A stretch of 64,000 bases of DNA from Octopus sinensis (Eukaryota), in contig NC_042997.1 of assembly GCF_006345805.1 (NCBI RefSeq), positions 60,822,001 through 60,886,000 on the forward strand, given 5' to 3'. Shown one piece after another: positions 12,654 through 24,400 of the stretch (position 1 is its first letter; the number at the start of each line of letters is the position of its first letter). The position numbers and the translations under genes were made by a program. The notes below the pieces were generated by a model. The model was given only the letters and a program-made list of their open reading frames with translations. It made no database searches and was not told where the DNA came from.

Positions 12654-15600
12654 ACTCATTCATAAACAAACTTGTGCATGGAATTTCATTTTATAAATTG
12701 ATCACATACTACACAGAAGACTAATGAAAGTATATCACATATATATATAAAATATATGGTATTGTTTGTACCTGAAGTTTAGGATGTGCATAGAATTCAT
12801 TTAGAAAATCTAAAACAGTATCTGCCTGTAAAGTTGTTGTACAAACAACCACATGTTTTTCTGTTTGTGCCCGATGACTACTGTATGTCCCACCCTGTTT
12901 TTGTCTTTCTATCCATGTATAAGCGAGCTGCTCGAACTGAAAAATAAAGAATTTATAAATCAATTGATCAAATTTCCATTTTGTAGAAATATCTAGAAAT
13001 ACACTGATAAGAATATTATTTCTGTACCAACAACATACAATGAACAAATTGTGTATCATCATCATCATCATCATCATCATCAATGCTGCCGCAGATGACA
13101 ATAATAATAAAAGAAAATTAAATGTTACAGATAAATAGATGGTTTTCAAAGAGTCAAGTTAATTCATTGATATATATAGATATATATAGATAACTAAGCC
13201 TATGAAAATAAATTACAATTAATACTTAAAGAAATTACTTAGATATGAGTTGTTTAATATGCATTAAAAGAAAGAAATTCCAGAAAATGTTTGCACAATA
13301 ATAAATCTCCAAATTATGAATTAGTATTAACATAAAATATAAAATAATAATATCTTACTTGTCTAGGAAGTACAATCAATGTTGTACAAATCATTATAAT
13401 AACAAATAGTTGACTGGGCCAGATATCAGGACTGATATCTCCATATCCAACTGTTGAGAAAGTAACTATAACAAACCAAAAGGCTTGGAAGAGATCTAAT
13501 TGTTTAACCCCACCTCGCTGTAGGTGCTGTATTCCACATGCACTGCAACAGAAAAAAAATATATATATATACATACACTCTATGAAAATAAATTTAAATT
13601 GTTGTATTTTGTTATAATAAAAATAACATAATTTTTTGTGCTTTCATGAATATTATGTTACAATATACAGTGGTCATAACAAAGTGATTTACTAACTGTT
13701 CCCATAACTCCAGTGGAGTAGGTGAGATGCTGTTATTGATATGTCATACATATAATTGTGGCTGGAAAGAGGCATTCTTTCTGAAAAACCCTATGGGAGG
13801 ATTGCAACCCAGTACTGGGTTTATATTTAATTTATAAAGGGAAGGTTACAACAAAGTATTGCAAACAAATGGAAAACTTTTAATTGATGTAAAAATATGC
13901 AATGGTGAGTACCTATTTTAAGTTAAGCATAGTAAGCTAGAGAGGAACACTATTGTAAGAGATACTCAAGAGTTTTCTATAGTTAGGTGAAAATGTAGAA
14001 TTAACTATAACTGAACTAATTTTTGGTAGAATTAAGTATTTAGCCAAGAATAAAATTAATTGCAGAAGCAGATATGAACTCATGACATCTCAGTTAGAAA
14101 TTCAATTATCTTTATTTCCCTTCAAATAATTTTAAACTATTGCAAATAATACAAACAAAATTATTTTGAAAATGTAAAACAGTTATTCTAATTTTTATTG
14201 GAATGTTGTAAACCACACCTTAACATCCAGCCCCACATCATATATCCGCATCACTCATCTGCCAATTTCCCATACCACTTTCACCTATGTTTCTTTCACC
14301 CATACCTTTATCCCTCTTGCTTTCTACACCTAGGCTTCTATTGTTCATCTCAGTCATTCCTTCCTTCTTTCAAGTATGACAAAGAATGGCAATGAATCTC
14401 TTCTGTTCATTACTCCTTGCATTCTCTCCCGCATGCTTTTATTACATTGCATTCTTTCACCCATGCCTATTGTTTATCTCTCACTCGCACCCTCTGCTTC
14501 TCACTTTCCATTGGACTATACTTCTGGTGTAACTGAAGATAGCAGTGGATTTCCTCTGTTGACCCAGTCCCCAAAACTCCTTTGTGCTATTCACTGGTAC
14601 AAGACCTACTTATTTTTAATATCCACTGCTGCCACCCTCCTCTGATCCATCATGTAGCCTAGGTATAAGAGAGTACATTGGACTACTTGTGTGCAGTACA
14701 TCCAACTTTCACCCTATCTTCCTCTAGTGACCTCTATCATCCCATGTCTTATTACTTTTCTCACACACATCTTTCTCACAGGCTTCTTTCATTGCTTTCA
14801 TTTTGAGTCATGTAGATTTTGTCATTCTTTTGCCAGCTCAGTCACACTGCACTGCCTCCGATAAAAATACCTATTTCAAAATATAGAGTACTCCTATTGC
14901 TCCACTTCATATCACACACCCCTCTCATCTCTATCTTTCATGCTTCTATCACTTATGCTTCTCACTCTGTAAAGAAACTAGTGAGTGAGCAGAGGCATGA
15001 GGTTGTGAGGTTCATTTAGTGGTGTTGAGTACATGGCTACCTCTCTAATGCTGATGCATGCAAAAAACATCCAGTACCCTCTTTAAAGTGGTTGGTATTA
15101 GGAGAAGCATCCAGCCATAGAAAGAAAACCAAAAATGAAGCATGTATAATATGAGGTCTTCTGGTCCTGCTATGTGAGCAATATCTTTAAATACAAGCTG
15201 ACTCTGACTATAATGACCCAGCCAAGCCATGGAAAGTGGATGTAAAACACTAAAGATGATGATAATATTAAAATGTCATAAACTTATCGGTTGATTATTT
15301 AATTTTTTTTCGTGTGTGTTGTAATTTAATTACATAAATAAATCAGGTATTGTTGTTTTCTGCTCTATGATATTTGCTAAAGAGCAAAAACAGCATTTTT
15401 TTCTTTACTACATTTTTTCCCATGCTTATTGAGAAAGCCAAACTATAAAATATTTGATTACATCAGTATTGACATTTGGAGCTCACAGCAATGTGTGCAA
15501 AGAAATGTTAAAAAATACAGCTAAGTGTTTCACTAGAAACTCTGCAAAGTTTATGCAAAGCAACTATCTAAACTACCTTAACTACAATTACTTTTCTTTT

Positions 15601-17099
15601 TATCTGGTGTTATGTTTATGTCCTTCACTTAGATAAAGATTATTTGAGGTACGATATTCTAAGGCTAAGATACTGGACAGCTGACCAAACAGATGTAAGA
15701 CTCAAACATTTCAGATCTCTTCAAACTAGTGGCCATACTGGGGCTTAAAATATAATAAGATATTTTGAATTTAGGGGAAAAAGAATAAAAGGATATTAAA
15801 AGGAGGTCAAAGTCAACTTAATTAAACCAAGTACTTAACTGGTACTAATTTTACTATTTCCAACAGAATAGAAGGAAAAATTGACTTTGGCAGGAATTGA
15901 ACTCAGAATGTAATGAACCATAACTAAATAGATAAACTTTTCAATTACTCCCATCCTTTCTTCTAAAATGTGTGTAGTCATGTAGCTCCTCTACAGTAAG
16001 AAACCTGTTCTGCTCTAGCCCCTTCTCTCATCTCCTAGCACAAAGCTTCCCCCTTTGGCTCAAGGCAGAACCTGACTGATACTTATTTTATTGACTAGAG
16101 TAAAAAATAAGCATTGGTAATATAAAAGATGCAAAGAAATACCACAGAAATCTAGTGTGTTGTTCTACCAGCTCTGCTACAAAATTATTACTTGAATAAG
16201 AACTAATTAAAGAGCTTTTCCCAAACAGAGATGCAATACTGATGATGATAAACAATAAACTGGTATGGTTCAAATTCTCAAATAAAGATATGATAAATGA
16301 ATTGCATGTATACAGACCTTGTAAATACCAAACAAAAGAATGTAGCACATAAGATCATTAACTGCTGTCCGAGAGCTGATTGAGATTTCTGCATTACACG
16401 GTGGAGATCATTCTATTTAAAGGAAAAATAAAAACAGATAAAAGAAAAATGCAATAATATATTAAACTATATCTTTTATTTTAGATAACTACTGAATAAT
16501 TTATTAAAGGAACTAAAAAAAATAAATGGATATTCATTTTTGATTGTCATATGATGCCTTGCACCAAAATGTATACATAGATATACAGACACAACACATA
16601 CATACATACATACATAAATACCAATGAATAAAATATGTAGTTTCTAGTAGACCAATCACTGATTAAACATCTTTTTCTCTCTATATATATATTTAACCCC
16701 ATTTCCATCTCTCTAAACCACTATTCCCTCTGTATATATACATATTGTGTGTGTATGTATGCATACATTTTATCGCATTTTTGTTACTTCTCTGATACCA
16801 AAGGTTTCCTACTGACAGTGATCTGCATTTTTCCAATCAGAATTCATAATACAAATGACATTATGCCATTAATACTGATGAGAGAAATACTAGAGAAGTA
16901 ATAAAGCTCCTACTGAAAAGAATTGTTCCTCTACATTTCAGATGTTGAGTATTCATTCTTCCAGTTCATTATCATCATCATCATCATCAAACATAAAAAT
17001 GTACACACACATACACGCACGCAAGCATGAAACTTGAGTCGTGAGAGAAACTTTTGAGTTCAGTTTTAATATGTATTGAGCACATGTTTATTTGTGTGT

Positions 17100-17131
<32 letters not shown>

Positions 17132-17134
17132 ATT

Positions 17135-17167
<33 letters not shown>

Positions 17168-18296
17168 GAACAGTGGGTAAGTAGTACTACAACCTCTAAA
17201 ATAAAGTGAACTTGTTATAAGTTAAACTCTGAAGCCTCATTGTGTTAGAAGCCCAGTCATGATCTATGTATACTGTGGTTTGCTGCCAATGGATAAATAA
17301 TATAGGGCCTAATACATAATTTCCCCAGGATCTTATAGTACTGCAAAGACAGCTCCAGGTAAAAGTGTATTAGTAATTGTATGCATATGGAATAGTGGGG
17401 CAGTGTTTAGAATAACAGCTTAAGTTTTCAAAGGTAAAGGCTAAGGGGTGCTGAGATAGTCTGTATATATATGTATGTATGGAATGTACTTTGGTTTGAT
17501 AGATGCAACTATTTTCATAGAGATGAAGAAAATCCCACCTAAACCTAATTATGAGATGTACTTTAGTAAGAGAAGTTGATTATCTGTGGCTTGCTAGTCA
17601 TTGCAAATTCTTCACATTCAAGGTCTACATCATGTTACCATGTGGTATTGCTTTCCAAACGCAATCCTCTTGCTCCTTTTTCTAAGGGAAAAAATTGTGT
17701 CAACAGGTGTAAAAGCTTCCTTAATTTTGTTCACTTCACTCTTAAATTAGTAACTATGTTTTTCGAACAACCATTTTTATTGCTAATTAAGTCAGCCAGG
17801 TATCAGCCAGGTATTTGAAGAAATTTATCTCACATGTACATTTCCTGCTTAGATTTATAAATTTATGTAGGATTAGGTAATAATATATCACTTCACAGCT
17901 GTTTGTTAGTCTTGTATTTGTTCCATTACAATACAGAAATATTCTTCATAAAATATTATTTAGAATTAATCAGGTTAGCTCAAAACAGACTGAATACCTT
18001 AAGGCATGTACTTTGGTATTTCACAACTGTTATCAAAATTGACTCGTTCTTTCATTTTATCACAGCTAAAAGAAATGTCAGTGGTATACGTTAATGAAAT
18101 GGATGCAGAATAATTATTACACTTAAGTAAAAAAAAATTTATGAGGAAAAAATTAAGCGATTTTTCACTGTTCATATTCTAGACACAATAATTGACTCTA
18201 AGAAGGCAATCAGCTGTATAAGCTTTAATCCAGACTATTGTTTGGTGGAAAATGTAGATAGACAGACATCTCCTGCATGTGCGGATATGAATAAAC

Positions 18297-18340
<44 letters not shown>

Positions 18341-20990
18341 TTGGATTGATCCATAAATAATATATTTTTTCAATTGCATGAGCTAAAAGTCAGAGGGGGA
18401 CAGATTAAACTACCTGCATCAACTTGCTATAAAAACAGGTAGCAATTTTACCTTGTAGTTATTCTTACTGCAAGTTTGTCGTCTGGTGAGTTAAAGTTTA
18501 GTTGAAGTTGGATTATTGGTTGAAGTTTCTGCTATTTGAATTATTGTTGTTTTGTGCTGCTTTAGCAGCGGTTTCAAGTTGGGCTTTCTCTCAATTTCAT
18601 CAAGAGCTAGCTATAGCTAAAAGTTATTTGGACCTTAGTGGAGGAGCAAATGGTTATTGTGATTGAAAAGATGGATGAATTACTGAAAAAGACGAGCTTC
18701 ACTGAAACAGCAGAAGTAAAGAAGAAAGAGGTGAACCTAGCAAATATCAAAAGAGACGAAAAAGGGCATGCAAAGTGGGTGGTGACATTAGGCTGTCACC
18801 ACCCCAGAAGAAAATAGAAGAAATTAATAGAAATACCGTGATATACAAAGTCTATTTGGTATAGAAAGGAAAAATCAAACACATGGAAGAAAGAATTTTA
18901 GAAAAGGCATTATGTTCAGTCTGGCCAGACATTACATATCTAGCCAGAGGGAATAAGTATGGAACTAACATAGTCCACTACAAAACAGAAGAAAAAGCGA
19001 GAGAAAATGCGGTAAAAACAATAAAGACAGATAAGGTGGTCCTTCTACCAATTTATATGGAAAGAAAGACACCAAAGATAAAGATGAAGAGAATTCCACC
19101 GGAAATTGATGTGGCTTGGGTCGTGGCAGCTGTTCTCCTGGAAAGTGGAGAAGTAGCCATCCTCCAAGCCACAAAAATGGATGGCTCGGTTTGGAGAGGT
19201 CAAACGTTGGAACTAATCATACAGGCAGAAGGGGAGACACTAGAAAATTTTGCAGAGACAGTATGGATAGGAGACCTGGGGTTGAAAGTGTGGGTGGAGG
19301 GCAGGACTCTGCATTGTTTTAAACGTGGCCAAAAAGGCCACATTAGAGCACGCTTCCTTCAGCAGAAGCAGACAGAAGAAAGAATACCAGAAAAGAAGCA
19401 AGAAGTGGAAAAAGAAAAACAGATTGGAAGATTGCTGAAGAAAAAAAAGAAATAGTATACTGTGGAACCCCAAACCTTACCCACCCCACCCATACCCTCT
19501 GCGATCCACCCCCTCTCTACGGACACCAAACCCATAATAAAGCACAATAAAGAACAAAGAGTCCCATTCCCCACAAATTGAATTATCGACAAACAAAGAA
19601 AGCGCGGAACTAATTCAAAAAGTAACAAGCTGGAAACAGCTAGATTTGTGAACACTGAAAAATATCATGAAACACTAGGGTGGCACATGTGTGTTCTCAT
19701 CTCAGAAGTACAAATGGAGGAAATCAAAAAATATAAAAAGGGTGTGAAAATGAGGAGAATTCACGAGGTCATAAAAAAATACCGGACAATATTGAATGTG
19801 AGGTTCTGCTGGAAAAATATGGATTCAACGTGAAGAAAGGACTCCAAAAGAGTAAGTGACATTCTTGTGGTGGGGAAGGCAACTCACTTGCATTTTTTCA
19901 TTTCATTTTCATTTCATATTATCATTTGTATAATTTTATTTTAAGTTTTGTGTTATATGTCCCCACATGCCTTTGTGTTATCCCATCTATGTTGGCCCCT
20001 TTTGGGCAATAAAAAATCAACTTATTCTTACTGCAAGTTTCTGGTCATTTGAACATTTTTCCAATGCTTCCTGTGTTAATTGTTGGATTGTTGTATTGTT
20101 GCAGTGAGTTGCTGTTGTTTTTACAAGTGTTTTTTGTTGAAAAACTGTTTATTGCTTTGTTGAAGCAGCTTGTTTTCAATTCCCCCCTGCGGGGGAATTA
20201 TGGTTGAATTGTACGGCTTTGAGCTAATTCTGTGGGGCATAAGCCCAAATTTTTCTGTGTTCGGCGTTTTGCTGCAAATTGCGTTTTGATAAAAAGGAAA
20301 ACAACATCATGGCATCACCATTGAGTTCAATGGATTCACCAAATGAACCAATTATCAATATGCCTGTTTTCGTAACAGGTGAAGAAGAAAAATCATCAGC
20401 GGTGTTGCCAAATAAGTTAAACTTTGCAAAGGCAGCAGGAAAGGAGAGAAAAATTAACACAGAGTAAAGTAATTTAAAAAAGTTTATGTCTATGTTAAAA
20501 AAGGAGGGGACAGAAATACAAGTAGCACCTCCAACAGAAACAATAGAGCAAAAAATAGGAAAAGAATCATCTACAAAACTTACAACGTTGAGAAAAAAAT
20601 GAATAGATAAAACAGAAGGAAAATTTATTGAAAAATGCCTCAAAACCATATGGTCAGATATAACATACATGACAAAAGGAAAATGATTTGGAAATGTTGG
20701 TTCACATCAGAGGAGGTGGCCAGGCGGCACTCTTCAGAAACTTTAAGAACCGAGGAGATGGTTCTTCTTCCCATATATATGGGAAGAAGAACATTGAAAC
20801 ATTGGCAAATTTTTTCTGATCTGCTTTCCCTCTGGCTAAATAAACCTGTCTCCTAGTTTCTCTTTTGGCAGTCTGATACAATTCCCTGCTACCACCATTC
20901 TTCCAGTCCTTCCAAGCCTGTTTCTTTTCTCTAATAGCCCAGTCAACAACATTGTTCCACCACCACATTATTTTGGGTTGAGAGGGGACT

Positions 20991-21032
<42 letters not shown>

Positions 21033-21334
21033 TAAATTAGAGACAAAACCACTATTAGGCAAATCAAATAATGAAAGACTTAAGCCAATACATATGATTA
21101 ATTTATATTATTTAAATATGTATCAATTATTAAAAAATATAATTAATATCCTAATAATTGTTACATATTTAAATAATATAAATTAATCATATGTATTGGC
21201 TTAAGTCTTTCATTGTTTGATTTGCCTAATAGTGGTTTTGTCTCTAATTTAATATATATAATATTTTACTATAAAATTGGATTCAATCCTAAATCTGATT
21301 TTTCCCTGTAAGTTTGGATTTATTCCCTAATATT

Positions 21335-21411
<77 letters not shown>

Positions 21412-21425
21412 CATACATACATACA

Positions 21426-21458
<33 letters not shown>

Positions 21459-24400
21459 CATGTTTAATTCTAGATACTATGTTATAGTGATTTAAAAATG
21501 AAAATAAACATTGATATGATGACATATGGACCACACAATTAGTTAATATGAATAAAAGAATTGTGAAAACTGACAACAATGGCTACAGTGAAATTTGCAG
21601 TTGGTTTTGTAGTTACTATTGGTTTTTCTAAATCAATGAATACCTGTTTGAATAGTAAAATAGATGCCTTGTTACTTTGGTTACTAATCTTTAAACTATC
21701 CATTTCCTATACATTTTGCCAGTTGCTTTGTAGAATTTATAATATTCTGGAATGTACTTAATGACTTCTTTTTCCTTTCTAAGTCTGTAGTGATTGAGTT
21801 TATTAATTATAAACATCAAATATGTTTTTTTTAATTGGATTATTGGTCTTTTAATTAACCTTATGCCTGCTATAATGAAAGGAAAATAACCTTTAATCCA
21901 CAACTGAATTCAGTTTGAAAATAAATCCTATCTATAATCCCATGGATATTAGCAAGATATCTTTTAAATTATATTCAGTGTCTGGCTGAAGTAAACTTTA
22001 TTCCAGTATTCCATTTCTAAAATATATTAAAGAAAATAATTTTGTGATCTGATGCTGATGTAATATTTTATCAATTGTTTTATACAGTTTTTATCACAAA
22101 CTTTCCTAGCAGTGAATGTGTCAAACATATTTAGAAAATTCAGGTTCTATAAATATATCCTATAACATCATCAAAACTTCTTTTTTAAAAAAATATTTGT
22201 ACAATCAATAGAAAAATGAAATTGAAAAATATAATCTAGCTAGAAACACAACTGCATCCAAAAAAAAAAAAAAAGTGTTTAATTAATTTTTCTTGAATAG
22301 GAAATATTGTTTTAAAGAAACATACAAACATATTTTGCAAGGCAGATTTTGCAAGCCAGCAGTTGAAAAATACTGGGATAAAAAGGTTCCGTAACTGAAC
22401 ACTAAATATCTGCAAAATAAGAGAAACAAAAATAAATGGCAATAAGAAATATTTTACCAAACAACTCAAAGATATATAATTTTAATAGGTATGATAAAAA
22501 GGTTCATTAAAACAAAATCAATATATTCCAATACCATTAATTAGAAATTTTATCACATGCTTTCCTAATAACTTTGTGTCCACATTGACTTTAAAAGATA
22601 TGCAAGTAAGGTATGTGATGAATACTAACTTCATCGTTAATTAATTGTAAACTGAACAATAAAATGTTAATTAAAAAAACTTTCAATCAACTTCTAATTT
22701 TTCCAAAAGAAATTTAATTTTTCATGAAAATTTTTCATGAAATATTATCTAATTTGACATTTTGCCTTCAACTTAAAGAGAATTGAGATAATTAGCAATA
22801 AAATAGCTAAAATATAGCGAATTGTAATTAATGGGTCAGTTTTAGTTTTATCATTTAATCTTTTATAATCTAGAACTACATAAGGGTATTCAAACCTAAA
22901 ATATACAATAACTCCCCTGTTGAAACATTTGGATATAAGGATACCAGTATCTACATAGGCCAAAAGATGTATAAGTTAATCAGTAATGTAAAAAGAATTC
23001 ATAATTATTACCAATTTCAATACTCTTTTACGAACTAATAATTTCAATCAAGATCACAAATCTGTGTGAAGAAATTTGGAATCAAACAATCCCAGATTTG
23101 ATTTCACTGAGTGTTATCTTAGACAATGTTTTGAACTGTTTTAACTGAAGAAAGGTTTACATTATGGATGTATTTCCTATTATATATAATATGCAAACCT
23201 GAAACATACATATTGAACTATTTTAGAATATTACTATTTGGATTGACTGCATTATTACAAGTTATACAACTTGATACCAGTATAAACTAGGTGGTTGAGA
23301 CTTCATTTATATAAATATTTATACATATACACACATATACATACATGCATACATACATTTCCACTATTGCACTTTTAAATCAAAAGTCTTTTTCAAGAAG
23401 GTCTCTACAAGTAGTTACAAGCATTATCCTTCCCCTCTAAATTAGTAAATACTAAATAACTGTTTCCTACTCTCATAATATCAACAGAAATATATTTAAG
23501 TTTGTGTTTTTATATATTATTTTTTTAACAGATTTTTATACTAATTCTTTAATAGTGAATTATATGGAAGTTGTAATATAGAAAACAGCCACATTAAATT
23601 TCACTTTGAAATCTAATACTTGTTTTCATTGTAAGAAACATCTCTGGCACACTATTTTGTAATGTTTAATAAATTATTACATGAATATATTATTGAGATA
23701 TAATGCTTAGCTCACTTCTGAATAATTTAAAAGGTGTTTGCATTGTCTTTGCTTTACTGTCAAAGACTACCTAGTTTCCATTATCAGCACTCAAAATGTT
23801 TGATGAACAGCATCTGAAGACACTCTGGTCTTTTACAAAGCAATTAACTAAATTTCTATTTCATATGAATTTGACATTAATTATAAGCTCCTCATTTATG
23901 ATAAATTTCCTGGTTGTTGATCATATGACACTTTCTGGTATGCTGACAACAATATTGTTTAACAAGGCAAAATATTTGACAAATATGTTTGCAGCTGTTT
24001 CAATATGAACGGAGTCAACCTTGATAATAATTGAAACTACATTGTCCATTTCAGTTCTATCAAGAATTTCCTATGCTATAACAATTTCTCTTCTATAGTC
24101 ACTGTCTCACAAGCGAGAATTTTATTTTATAACTGAAATATGTTCTATTGTGGTTCAAAATGCTTATTATAATAATCAGGTATGTGTGGCTGTGTGTAAG
24201 AAGTTTGTTTCTGAGTTCAGTCCTACATGGACCCACAGCTGCTTGACATTTGGTGTTGGTTTGTTTACATCCCCATAACTTAGCAATAGAATAAGCATTA
24301 CGCTTAAAAGAATAAATACAGGATCAATTTGATTCATCATCATCATCATCGTTTAACGTCCGTTTTCCATGCTAGCATGGGTTGGACCATTTGACTGAGG

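Noticed and set aside
16318-16322. Ser in LVFTSACG as a natural mimic of the human KCNT1 G288S epilepsy variant
   Set aside because: Counting the remembered human sequence places G288 at the Gly of CGIQ, which is conserved here.
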